DNA of 64,000 bases from an uncultured Syntrophaceae bacterium (lineage in GTDB: Bacteria; Desulfobacterota; Syntrophia; Syntrophales; UBA2185): assembly GCA_964564625.1 (NCBI GenBank), contig CAZMBE010000011.1, positions 17,519 to 81,518 of the forward strand. Direction: 5' to 3'. Position numbers and translations under genes: made by a program. A model generated the notes under the pieces. It was not told the origin of the DNA. It worked only from the letters and a program-made list of their open reading frames with translations, and ran no database searches. Each line of letters begins with the position of its first letter. The first letter of the stretch is position 1. Below are positions 29,987 through 39,950 of the stretch, one piece after another.

Positions 29987-30472
29987 TTATAAATCTTGAA
30001 GCTCCACAATTTCTCCTTTGATCTTTTCACCAATTTCAAGGATGCCGATGGTATTGTGGGAGGCAAATCTTTTATCTGTCGCTGATCCGGGATTGAACAA
30101 TAGTATCCCCTCTCTTATTTTGTTTACTGCTCGATGTGTATGTCCATAAATCAAACAATCAACTTGTCCAACCTCTTTTAAAAGCTTATTTTCAAGGCCG
30201 AAAGGCATCCCCCAGCCGTGGATAATTCCGACACGATAGTTTTCAATGTTGAGTATAAGCCGATCAGGCAAGTACTGCCTTACGGACTGCGGATCCATAT
30301 TACCGCAGACAGCTTTTACATCTTTGCCTGCAAATGCATCGAGAACCCTTATATCGACAAGATCTCCCGCGTGTAATATAAGACTCACATCATAAAAATG
30401 ATCATCCATAAGACGCCTGAGCCGGTCATCATAACCATTCAGATGGGTATCCGATATTACCCCGATTTTCAC
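29987..30472 (-). CDS. yfcE: YfcE/MJ0936 family metallophosphoesterase
   Basis: 161 aa. Motifs ISDTH, AGDLVD, GNMD and GHTH in the canonical order. Confidence 0.85.
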   Translation of the reverse strand: MKIGVISDTHLNGYDDRLRRLMDDHFYDVSLILHAGDLVDIRVLDAFAGKDVKAVCGNMDPQSVRQYLPDRLILNIENYRVGIIHGWGMPFGLENKLLKEVGQVDCLIYGHTHRAVNKIREGILLFNPGSATDKRFASHNTIGILEIGEKIKGEIVELQDL

Positions 30473-30913
30473 GTCTTATACTCCCCATTATTATGTGAAA
30501 GAATTATATAGATACATCACAAAAAGACAAGCATTATTTATGTTCGATTCACGAAAAACCCCTTGGCAAAGTTTACCACTGTTTTGTATTTACAGCAGTA
30601 TTCTTCGGCTCACATTGGGGTGCATTTTTTTCTCCATAGACCATGGACAATGATATACCTTATCTTATCAGCACTTACCATTATACGTAGCATGTCGGGA
30701 AATTTTTGTTCTTTTATTATCTACTACCCAAAACAACAGATATGGGCGCATGGAACAATACGTATGTTGTATGCAAGATCATTTCTAAATCAATAACAAC
30801 ATTTTATTCTTTTATCATCCCTATGCATCTGTCACCTGACACCAATCATAGTAGATTTCTAACATAAATTATGATAGATAGATCAAAAATACAGGTATTG
30901 TATTGTAGCTCCT

Positions 30914-33900
30914 ATGGCTGTACTCTCAGATTATATTATCGGAGAAACACTTTATAAAAGCAGCAAATCTCTCATTTGCCGCGCCCACCAGAAAGATGAT
31001 AACCGCACAGTCGTTCTCAAAATATTGACAGAAAACCATCCTACACCTGAAGAAATTGCACAATTCAAACGGGAATACTTTATTGTTCACAGTTTAAATC
31101 CAGGATCAGCCGTCGTTGAGAACTCACCATCCCCAGTTGTGGCAACCTACGGTCTGCACAAGCATGAGCATGGTTTTATGATGATCATGGAAGACTGCGG
31201 TGGAAAATCACTTGATCGATGGGTGAAACCCGGGGGCATGAAACTAACAGACAATGGCATGGTCATTTTCCTGAAACTCGCCATAAGTGTTACGGAGGCA
31301 TTGGCCAAAATCCACCAACACCACATTGTTCATCTGAACATCAACCCATCGAACATTATTTATGATGCTGCCTCCAGTCAGGTTAAAATCATTGACTTTG
31401 GTATAGCGGCACTCCTTTCGAGAGATAAACCAACATTCTGCAATACGAATGTAATTGAAGGTACACTGGAGTACATTTCTCCGGAACAGACAGGACGTAT
31501 GAACCGAGTGGTTGACTATCGCGCAGACTATTATTCACTGGGAGCAACATTTTATGAATTGATAACGGGACATGTGCCCTTCTCAACAAGTGATCCCTTG
31601 GGTCTTGTACATAGTCACATCGCAAAACAACCAGCGTCGCCACACGACTTGAGACCAGAAATACCAAAGGCGGTTTCAGAAATTATTCTCAAACTTCTTT
31701 CTAAAGACGCTGATGACCGTTACTCCTCGGCTATTGGTCTCCGCAAAGACCTTAAAGAATGCTTATGCCAATGGCAAGAAAAGGGTGTTATTGAATTTTT
31801 TCCTCTTGGAAAGCATGATATTTCAGACCGCTTCCAGGCCCCATTAAAGTTGTATGGGCGTGAGCAAGAAATAGAATCACTTCTCGCCGCTTTTGAACGT
31901 GCACGCGCGGGGGCCATAGATATTATGCTCGTATCTGGACCTGCCGGCATTGGCAAGACAGCCTTGATTCAAGAAATCAGCAGGCCCGTGACACAGCGTC
32001 ATGGATACTTTGTATCAGGTAAGTTTGATCAGTTTCAAAACAACGTCCCATACTCCGCATTGATTAAGGCATTTCAATCGCTGATCCGGAAACTATTAAC
32101 GGAAGACGAATCATCAGTTACAAAATGGCGTGATATTATTCAGTCAGCGCTGGGAATGAACGGCCAAGTGATTGTTGATGTGATCCCTGAAATAGAATTG
32201 ATTATCGGAACGCAGCCGCCTCCGTCTAAACTATCACCTGAAGAAGCACAAAACCGTTTTCGCATTGTGTTTCAAAACTTTGTCAGGGTGTTCACAAAGG
32301 TCGAGCATCCTTTCGTAATGTTCCTTGATGATCTGCAATGGGCTGATGTCGCCTCTCTGAATTTAGTAGAACAGCTTTTGACGGCACCTGACAATCAGTA
32401 CCTTTTCTTCATCGGATCATACCGTGACAATGAAGTGTCCTCGTCTCATCCTTTCATTCGGGTTCATGATCAGATAATTAAATCAGGCGTGACCGTAAAC
32501 AGCATCGTCCTTGGACCGCTGAACCTTACGAATATTGTCTGCTTGATAACGGACAGTCTTCACTGTATCCCTGACCATGCTCACCCTCTTGCTGAATTGA
32601 TTCTGGCAAAAACTGATGGCAATCCCTTCTTTCTGAATGAGTTCCTAAAAAACATATATACAGAGGGCCTAATCAAGTATGACTTCTGCCATGGTATTTG
32701 GCAATGGGAACTGGCAGAAATCCAGTCACGTGGTATTACAGAGAATGTTGTCGAACTGATAACAAGCAATATGCAGCAATTGCCGCCTGAAACACAGGAG
32801 ATATTGAGGCTGGCGGCCTTAATTGGAAATACATTTGATCTGAAGTCATTGGCATATGCGCATAAAAAATCATCCGGCTCCACTGCAAATGATCTATCGC
32901 CAGCGATAAAGGCTGGGTTAGTCATACCAATGAGCTCTACATACAATATTAGCCCGCCGGGTATTACTGGTTTAGCGGCTGAAACCATACCAGAATATAC
33001 ATTTTCCCATGATCGGATTCAGCAGGCAATCTATTCATTGATTCCGCCTGACGAACAAGAGGCTCTTCATTGGAAGATCGGCCAGCTTTTGTTGCAGAAT
33101 ATGCAACCACATGAGCGGGATCTAAGGCTCTTTGACATTGTGAATCAGTTAAATCAGGGACGAAAGCTGATAAAAGATCAACCAGGGCTAAATGAACTTG
33201 CTGAATTAAATCTGCTGGCTGGGAAAAAAGCAAAATCCAATGCAGCATACAGCTCAGCATTCTCCTACTTAAAGGCAGGTATTGAACTTTTGAGAAGTGA
33301 TAGATGGGAAACACAGTACAACCTTGCACTAGAGCTATTCATGGAAGCATCAGAAACAGCCTACCTGAGTGGAGACTTTGAGTCCATGAACCATATTGTT
33401 GAGGAAGTTTTAAAGAATGCTGAGGATTTGTTAGACAAGGTTAAAGTGTATGAAATAATGATTCAGTCCTGTATCGCGCAAAACAAGCAACGGGATGCTG
33501 TTAAGCTTGCCCTTCCTATGCTGGAACTCTTGGGAGTAAAGATCCCCGCAAAACCAAACAAAATGCATGTCTTACGTGGATACCTTACTACAAGAATGGC
33601 TCTGGCAGGAAAACGCATTGAAGACTTAATTGACATGCCTGTCATGACTGACCCCCATAAACTGGCCGCAGTGCGTATCCTCACGAAAATCGGCTCTGCT
33701 GCATATATAGCAGCTCCTAACCTGATGCCATTGCTGATATTTAAGGGAGTCACTTTATCCATACAATACGGAAATGCTCCCGAGTCAGCATTTGCATATG
33801 TTGCATACGGTTTGATTCTCTGCGGGAAAATAGGAGACATCGAGTCTGGCTATAAATTTGGAATGCTTGCAACACGTCTCATTGAACGGTTCGATGCAAG

Positions 33901-36900
33901 AGGGCTAAAAACAAGGACCCTCTTTTCATTTGAATCTTTCATCAGACACTGGAAGGAACATCTGCGTGAAACCTTAAATCCTCTCCGAGAGGGATATCAA
34001 AGTGGTATAGATACGGGAGACCTGGAATTTGCGGCTCGTTGCATCCACGCGTTCTGCAACCGTTCTTTCTTTGTGGGAGTGGAGTTGGAGGAAGTGGAAC
34101 GCAATATGACCGCGCACTGGATGGCTGTATGTCTGCTTAAACAAGAGTCCCCCTTACGATTTTTTGAGCCCTTTCACCAGATTGTGTTGAATCTACTTGG
34201 TCGAAGTAATACCCCTCACCAGATAGTTATAGAAAGTTTTGACGAAAAGCGAATGACATCACTGGATGATGAGGATAACAGGGTATTCGCTTTTTATTTA
34301 TATCTCAGTAAACTCATTCTTCACTACCTTTTTGAAGAAATTCCTAATGCCGTTGAAAATGCACGTATGGCTGAAATATACTTGGATGGTGCCCTTGCAT
34401 CGGCGCCGCAACCATTATTCCATTTATATAGTTCACTGGCGAGGCTTGCTGCCTATGATTTATCACCAAAGGCTGAGCGAAGACGTATCCTCAGAAAAGT
34501 CGCCGCTAACCTGAAAGGACTAAAGAAATGGGCTCATCATGCACCGATGAATTATCAGCACAAATGCTACCTTGTGGAAGCCGAACGTAGCCGCATATTG
34601 GGCCAGTGCATGGAGGCAGCTAAGTATTACGACAAAGCTATTGATCTGGCGCGCGAGAACGCATATCACAACGAAGAAGCCCTTGCGTATGAGCTTGCAG
34701 GCAAGTTCTACCTTTCAAAAGGGCAATCAAGAATAGCACAGTCATATCTGCAGGAGTCCCTTTACGCTTATCTACGCTGGGGCGCTGTGGCTAAAGTGAA
34801 GGATTTAGAAACGCGATACTCCAAAATCCTTGTTCATGCAAAGGACAGTTTCTCTGCGAACAGATCAGATTTTACCACAGGTACTATTCAGGAGCAGGAT
34901 GGCCGAACCCTGGATCTCACGGCGGTAATCAAGGCTTCACAGGCCATTTCTGGTGAAATTGTTTTCAAGCGGCTATTGACGAAGTTGATGTCAATCCTTA
35001 TCGAAAATGCCGGAGCCCAAAAAGGACTTCTTGCTTTGGAGAAGGATGGTACGTGGGTTACCGAAGAAGAATGTGCAATCTCCGTCATTAATTATGTGGC
35101 CCGCACACAGGAATTTTTGGTGTTGAACGATGCAGCCAACGAGGGGGCATTTTTTCTTGATCCTTACATTGTAACCAGGCAGCCTAAATCAATCTTGTGT
35201 ATGCCCCTTCTCCATCATGGCAGTTTGTGCGGTATTCTTTATCTCGAAAACAACCTGACCAAGAACGCATTTACACCTGACAGACTGGAAGTATTACGCC
35301 TCCTTTCAGGCCAGATGGCAATTTCAATTATTAACGCTAAACTGTATGACGAATTGGAATTGCGCGTCCAGGAACGAACATCCGAGTTATCAGACACCAA
35401 TGCGCTCTTGAACCAAGAGATTATTGAGCGTGAGCGGGCAGAAGAAGCGCTTAAAGTATCCCAACAACAATTTGCAGATATTATAAACTTTTTGCCTGAT
35501 GCAACCTTTGTTATTGATAATAAAAATCAAGTTATTGCATGGAACCAGGCGATTGAAGAGATGACGGGAATCAAAGCAGGAGATATTATCGGGAAAGGGA
35601 ATTATGAATATTCCTTACCGTTTTATGGAATCCGCAGGCCGATGCTTATTGACAAAATATTCGGATATGACACAGGGGACGCGGATAGATATCCTTTTAT
35701 TAAGAAAGAGGGGGACATTCTTCTAACCGAATCGAATGTACCCTTAAGAGGTGAGATGCATGTACTTTGGGCAAAAGCGAGGCCGCTATATGACAGCAGA
35801 GGTAATATTGTAGGCGCAATTGAATCCATTCGTGATATCACAGAGCACGAGCGGGTAGAGGCCGAACTTCTTCAGGCAAAGGAGGCCGCTGAGGAAGCGT
35901 ATCATGCGGCTGAAACTGCCAACCGCTCCAAAAGCTCCTTCCTGGCCAATATGAGCCATGAAATCAGGACACCTTTGAATTCTATTATTGGATTTACCAA
36001 TTTGTTATCGGACACAGAAATATCAGCCAAACAGCGTGATTACCTGCAGAAGATACTATTTTCATCCCAGAACCTACTTGGTATTATTAATGATATCCTC
36101 GATTTTTCCAAAATTGAAGCAGGCAAACTTGATTTAGATAATACTGATTTTGAACCTCAACATATTATGGATAATATCCATAATATGTTTGTTGACAGTG
36201 CTACTGAAAAGGGGATCGTATTGAACATCTCCATATCTCGGGATGTTCCTTCCATATTGGTAGGGGATCCTTTGCGGCTGTGGCAGGTACTCATCAATCT
36301 GGTAAATAATTCAATCAAATTTACTGAAACGGGAGAGATTACAATTTCTGCCGATCTTGATAGTATCGATGCGCAAAAAGCCCGGCTTCTTTTCTCTATT
36401 GCGGATACGGGTATTGGCATACCAAAGGAGTCATTGATAAAAATATTTGACACCTTTACTCAGGCCGATGGATCCGTGACCCGTAGATTTGGCGGCACAG
36501 GTTTAGGACTCAGCATTTGTAAAGGACTTATAGCGATGATGGGTGGCGAAATATGGGTAGAGAGCACCCTTGGTAAAGGAAGTACTTTTTATTTTACGGC
36601 CGATTTTAATCATCGCCCTAATGATGAGCATAAAACAAAAAGCGGTATTACCCAAGCAGAAATAATTAAGAATATATGCGGCGCTGCAGTTCTCCTCGTT
36701 GAGGATAATATTATCAACCAGCAAGTAGCAAAACAGATCCTCGAAGGCGCCGGATTAACGGTTATTGTCGCTAACAACGGCATAGAAGCCCTGGAAGCGG
36801 TTCGACTCCGCAAATATGACGCAGTGCTCATGGACGTTCAGATGCCTCTAATGAGCGGATATGAAGCTACCCGTCTAATCCGAAGTGATCCCCTGACAAT

Positions 36901-37471
36901 GAATGTACCCATTATTGCCATCACTGCTCATGTTATGCAGGGAGCAAACGAGGAATGTCTTGCTGCAGGAATGAATGACTATATTTCAAAGCCAATCGAC
37001 AGAAATGTCTTGCTCTCTGTTCTCAACCGGTGGGTGAAACCAAAATATATGCACGTGGAAAATAAATCTGAAACGTCATATCGAGGATTAAAAGATGAGT
37101 CTGTCGAGCTGACTCTTCCTGATACATTACCTGGTATAGATATCTCATCTGCACTCAAGAGACTGGGAGGCAACACCAAACTGCTGTCCAGACTCTTAAA
37201 AATGTTTACACGCGATTACGCTGGTACCACAGAAGAGATTAAAGCTGCTCTGAATAGCAAAAACATGGAAAAAGCAGTTCGAATTGCTCATACGGTGAAG
37301 GGTGTAGCCGGAAATCTTTCAGCAGAAGAGCTTCGCTTGGCTGCATCTGAGTTAGAAAAGAGCATCATGCAACAACCTCGAGATTCAATAGATAGCCTCT
37401 TGGAAATTTTTGACAAACACTTACGACAACTGATAGAATCGGTCCACTTTATAGAAACAAATTTACCATGA
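30914..37471 (+). CDS. Multidomain sensor: Ser/Thr-kinase-like domain / AAA_16 (STAND-type) NTPase / TPR-like helical repeats / GAF / PAS / HisKA-HATPase_c / receiver / Hpt (unorthodox hybrid histidine kinase)
   Basis: Uninterrupted 2185-aa ORF. The kinase-like domain (aa 5-285) has VVLK, HLNINPSN, DFG and SPE. Walker A GPAGIGKT is at aa 342-349 (31937-31960) and Walker B is FVMFLDDLQWAD. The helical repeat region spans about aa 760-1290. GAF is at about 34910-35347 and PAS at about 35470-35840. The H-box is MSHEIRTPLN (His1682, 35957). The N and G boxes are NLVNNSIKFT, DTGIGIP and GGTGLGLSICK. The receiver is VLLVEDN...VLMDVQMP (Asp1974, 36833)...ISKP. The Hpt motif is HTVKGVAGN (His2126, 37289). 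Confidence 0.92.
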   Translation: MAVLSDYIIGETLYKSSKSLICRAHQKDDNRTVVLKILTENHPTPEEIAQFKREYFIVHSLNPGSAVVENSPSPVVATYGLHKHEHGFMMIMEDCGGKSLDRWVKPGGMKLTDNGMVIFLKLAISVTEALAKIHQHHIVHLNINPSNIIYDAASSQVKIIDFGIAALLSRDKPTFCNTNVIEGTLEYISPEQTGRMNRVVDYRADYYSLGATFYELITGHVPFSTSDPLGLVHSHIAKQPASPHDLRPEIPKAVSEIILKLLSKDADDRYSSAIGLRKDLKECLCQWQEKGVIEFFPLGKHDISDRFQAPLKLYGREQEIESLLAAFERARAGAIDIMLVSGPAGIGKTALIQEISRPVTQRHGYFVSGKFDQFQNNVPYSALIKAFQSLIRKLLTEDESSVTKWRDIIQSALGMNGQVIVDVIPEIELIIGTQPPPSKLSPEEAQNRFRIVFQNFVRVFTKVEHPFVMFLDDLQWADVASLNLVEQLLTAPDNQYLFFIGSYRDNEVSSSHPFIRVHDQIIKSGVTVNSIVLGPLNLTNIVCLITDSLHCIPDHAHPLAELILAKTDGNPFFLNEFLKNIYTEGLIKYDFCHGIWQWELAEIQSRGITENVVELITSNMQQLPPETQEILRLAALIGNTFDLKSLAYAHKKSSGSTANDLSPAIKAGLVIPMSSTYNISPPGITGLAAETIPEYTFSHDRIQQAIYSLIPPDEQEALHWKIGQLLLQNMQPHERDLRLFDIVNQLNQGRKLIKDQPGLNELAELNLLAGKKAKSNAAYSSAFSYLKAGIELLRSDRWETQYNLALELFMEASETAYLSGDFESMNHIVEEVLKNAEDLLDKVKVYEIMIQSCIAQNKQRDAVKLALPMLELLGVKIPAKPNKMHVLRGYLTTRMALAGKRIEDLIDMPVMTDPHKLAAVRILTKIGSAAYIAAPNLMPLLIFKGVTLSIQYGNAPESAFAYVAYGLILCGKIGDIESGYKFGMLATRLIERFDARGLKTRTLFSFESFIRHWKEHLRETLNPLREGYQSGIDTGDLEFAARCIHAFCNRSFFVGVELEEVERNMTAHWMAVCLLKQESPLRFFEPFHQIVLNLLGRSNTPHQIVIESFDEKRMTSLDDEDNRVFAFYLYLSKLILHYLFEEIPNAVENARMAEIYLDGALASAPQPLFHLYSSLARLAAYDLSPKAERRRILRKVAANLKGLKKWAHHAPMNYQHKCYLVEAERSRILGQCMEAAKYYDKAIDLARENAYHNEEALAYELAGKFYLSKGQSRIAQSYLQESLYAYLRWGAVAKVKDLETRYSKILVHAKDSFSANRSDFTTGTIQEQDGRTLDLTAVIKASQAISGEIVFKRLLTKLMSILIENAGAQKGLLALEKDGTWVTEEECAISVINYVARTQEFLVLNDAANEGAFFLDPYIVTRQPKSILCMPLLHHGSLCGILYLENNLTKNAFTPDRLEVLRLLSGQMAISIINAKLYDELELRVQERTSELSDTNALLNQEIIERERAEEALKVSQQQFADIINFLPDATFVIDNKNQVIAWNQAIEEMTGIKAGDIIGKGNYEYSLPFYGIRRPMLIDKIFGYDTGDADRYPFIKKEGDILLTESNVPLRGEMHVLWAKARPLYDSRGNIVGAIESIRDITEHERVEAELLQAKEAAEEAYHAAETANRSKSSFLANMSHEIRTPLNSIIGFTNLLSDTEISAKQRDYLQKILFSSQNLLGIINDILDFSKIEAGKLDLDNTDFEPQHIMDNIHNMFVDSATEKGIVLNISISRDVPSILVGDPLRLWQVLINLVNNSIKFTETGEITISADLDSIDAQKARLLFSIADTGIGIPKESLIKIFDTFTQADGSVTRRFGGTGLGLSICKGLIAMMGGEIWVESTLGKGSTFYFTADFNHRPNDEHKTKSGITQAEIIKNICGAAVLLVEDNIINQQVAKQILEGAGLTVIVANNGIEALEAVRLRKYDAVLMDVQMPLMSGYEATRLIRSDPLTMNVPIIAITAHVMQGANEECLAAGMNDYISKPIDRNVLLSVLNRWVKPKYMHVENKSETSYRGLKDESVELTLPDTLPGIDISSALKRLGGNTKLLSRLLKMFTRDYAGTTEEIKAALNSKNMEKAVRIAHTVKGVAGNLSAEELRLAASELEKSIMQQPRDSIDSLLEIFDKHLRQLIESVHFIETNLP

Positions 37472-37847
37472 TAAATTACAAAAAAGGCAGCAATTGACAC
37501 GAATATAGAGAGGACACATGAAAATCCGACTGATCTTAAAAAATCAACCGTGCAACTGAAAACTTAAAGTATACAGTTATGGGAAAAAGCAAAACGACGC
37601 CGAATATTAAACGAAACCGGCAGATTATTGAGTTATATAAAAGAATATAATACACATGATAGTGTCCACAGGACATGCAGTATTCCACAAAATCCCTCAA
37701 ATCCGTATAAACATTTTCTCCGTTATGATGCTATGAAAAATCTACCCAATAATAATTGGGGAACTGTTAAATAATACAATCACTGAAGACATCGTTTCAT
37801 ACAACTAGTGAAGATGGATACATACTAATGTGGAGGAGATTATTGAG

Positions 37848-38879
37848 ATGAACGATAATTATGTTTTTATGGAACAGCAAGTAGAACCCGTAGTACTTAT
37901 TGTAGACGACACCCAGATAGATATTGATATTTTGTCTTTTGCACTAAGCAGGAAGAACTTTCGTATTTCCGTTGCCATGAACGGCTTACACGCACTTGAT
38001 ATGGTCGGAAAGGTTTCCCCGGATATTATTCTCATGGACATCGTAATGCCGGAAATGGATGGTTTTGAATTATGTAAAATATTAAAGGCCTCTGCAGAAA
38101 CAAAGGATATTCCTGTCATCTTTTTAACTGTGAAAGATGAAACTGATGATATTTTAATGGGATACAGATCCGGAGCCGTTGATTATGTTACAAAGCCCTT
38201 CAATTCTGAAGAATTACTTGCGAGGGTATGTACCCACTTGGAATTAAAGAAAAAAAGAGATACTGAACAGGAGCTTATTTCTCTGCTAAAAGCATCACTG
38301 GAGGAACGCGAGCGGGCAGAAGAAGCACTTCAGCAGGCACACGATAATTTAGAGCGTTTAGTAAAGGAGCGCACCGCTGAGCTCTTGATAAAAAACAAAC
38401 AGCTTATGGATGAAATTGAGGAACGCAAGCGTGTTGAGGCATCCCTTGAAAGCAAGTCTCAAAAACTAGAGGAATTTAATACTGCGTTAAAGGTTTTACT
38501 CGAACAGAGAGAACGGGACAAAGACGAACTAGAAAAGTGGGTTCTCTCAAACGTCAAGAATCTCATTATACCGAATGTTGAAAAATTAAAAAGACTCAGC
38601 GCAAAAACCAAATCCTCATCTTACATAAATATCCTTGAAATAAACCTCAAAGAGCTTACCTCTTCATTTTCTCAAAGGTTATCTTCACGATATATAAATC
38701 TTACAACAAAAGAAATTCAAGTCGCTAATCTCGTTAAGGAGGGTATGACCAGCAAAGAAATATCAGAACTAATGAATGTCTCAGAAAGAACAATTGATTT
38801 TCACAGGAAAAACATTAGAAACAAGCTCGGACTTAATAAAAAAATAAACCTTAGAGCAAGTCTTTTAAATATTTCATAA
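37848..38879 (+). CDS. Response regulator: receiver / long coiled coil / LuxR(GerE)-type HTH
   Basis: Receiver motifs [24 protein letters not shown] and VTKP. Coiled-coil linker [29 protein letters not shown].... C-terminal [48 protein letters not shown] 37848 lies 8 nt after GGAGGAG. The track ORF starts at GTG 37830. Confidence 0.9.
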   Translation: MNDNYVFMEQQVEPVVLIVDDTQIDIDILSFALSRKNFRISVAMNGLHALDMVGKVSPDIILMDIVMPEMDGFELCKILKASAETKDIPVIFLTVKDETDDILMGYRSGAVDYVTKPFNSEELLARVCTHLELKKKRDTEQELISLLKASLEERERAEEALQQAHDNLERLVKERTAELLIKNKQLMDEIEERKRVEASLESKSQKLEEFNTALKVLLEQRERDKDELEKWVLSNVKNLIIPNVEKLKRLSAKTKSSSYINILEINLKELTSSFSQRLSSRYINLTTKEIQVANLVKEGMTSKEISELMNVSERTIDFHRKNIRNKLGLNKKINLRASLLNIS

Positions 38880-39037
38880 TGATAGCGTAGAATGCTAATT
38901 GACTTTTAAATCAAATAATTGAGTTATTGTTAGGTTGCTTTTATGGGTAGTATAAATTAATGGAGCGAAGTCACTTTCTCTTGACAAAATAATTCTTAAT
39001 ACAATAATTTCATCCTCTAATTTTTAAAGATCCCTCC

Positions 39038-39406
39038 TCAGCTACCTTCATTCGAAAATCCTGAATCCTGAAATTCGAAATTTTTTATCTTAATTAATTT
39101 TTTTGTTACATTGCTGATTCTCATAGTCTGTTTTCTAATAGTACTAAGTTTTGCATATGTGGGGTTATCAGTTGAAGTATTTATTAACAGCAGCTCGGTA
39201 TACCCCAAAATTGCTTGCATGGGTTGATTCATTTCATGAAAAACATCCTCCGTAATTTCTATGATGCCACGTAGTTTTTTGCGATAGAGATCTTCCCCGG
39301 CAGAAGCTTTGTGTAGTATATGTTCTGCTTGTAATTCTGTGATTTGTTGATGCATTGCTTCTAATTCTTTAATAAGCTCTGCTCTTGTTTTATTCTCGTA
39401 TTTCAT
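39038..39406 (-). CDS. Stand-alone DHp (HisKA-like dimerisation/phosphoacceptor) protein with N-terminal coiled coil; no ATPase domain
   Basis: 122 aa. H-box FHEMNQPMQAILGYTELL (His57, 39238-39236), resembling the HE(L/I)NQPL type of FixL-like kinases. The protein ends 65 aa after the His, which is the length of a two-helix DHp. GGGAG lies 9 nt upstream of the ATG. Confidence 0.7.
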   Translation of the reverse strand: MKYENKTRAELIKELEAMHQQITELQAEHILHKASAGEDLYRKKLRGIIEITEDVFHEMNQPMQAILGYTELLLINTSTDNPTYAKLSTIRKQTMRISNVTKKLIKIKNFEFQDSGFSNEGS

Positions 39407-39950
39407 TCTTCATAGCTCCCGAATTCATTTTTGTCTAAATACTTTTCCAAAGGATAGCTATCTTTTGAGAACGAATTATGAATTCTTGTATTATATTCGA
39501 GGACTTAAAATTTATAACGCTTCACCATAAAGAAATTCTCTACGTTGCAATATGTGATATTTTTTAGTGAAACGCAATATTGGTTAATATGTAGTAATAT
39601 ACCAGGTTAAAACTAGTAGTATGATGGATTTAACGGGGGTGATACAGGATGCCGCCTTATTTTCATCGAACCCGAGATAACACCATAAATTTTCTCTGCG
39701 AATCAATAGTCCTTATCCTTACCAATATTTCCATTTTTGACCAGATTAGCTGCCTGAATTGTCTTGGACGCGATAGTTACATATAGTGAAGCTAAATTTC
39801 ATGAATGAGGACGTTATGTTTTTAAGATTTGATTTTACGGGATATATAGAGGCAGAGGCTTTTGGGGTTCTAAATCTATATTTTTCAATTAAATACCTCT
39901 CCGGAGAAAGATGCAAAAAGAACACATTGTTTTTGTTTGACTTTCAATCT

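Noticed and set aside
30563-30796. 77-aa TTG-initiated ORF in the spacer upstream of the megakinase, and a TGGCA sequence at 30564-30568 that could suggest a sigma-54 -24 element
   Set aside because: The ORF is hydrophobic low-complexity with no SD and no similarity. The TGGCA is followed by AAGTTTACC rather than the required TTGC at -12 spacing, so it does not fit the GG-N10-GC sigma-54 consensus.
37579-37650. 23-codon ORF MGKSKTTPNIKRNRQIIELYKRI, resembling the start of an HTH or transposase-like protein
   Set aside because: It is too short, ends at a stop with no continuing frame, and has no inverted repeats or other mobile-element hallmarks nearby. It is noted only as a possible gene remnant within the island spacer.
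39664-39673. GGGTTCGATG on the minus strand, resembling a tRNA/tmRNA T-loop
   Set aside because: The flanking bases do not form a T-stem, and no acceptor stem or CCA context is present. It is not a tRNA-like structure.
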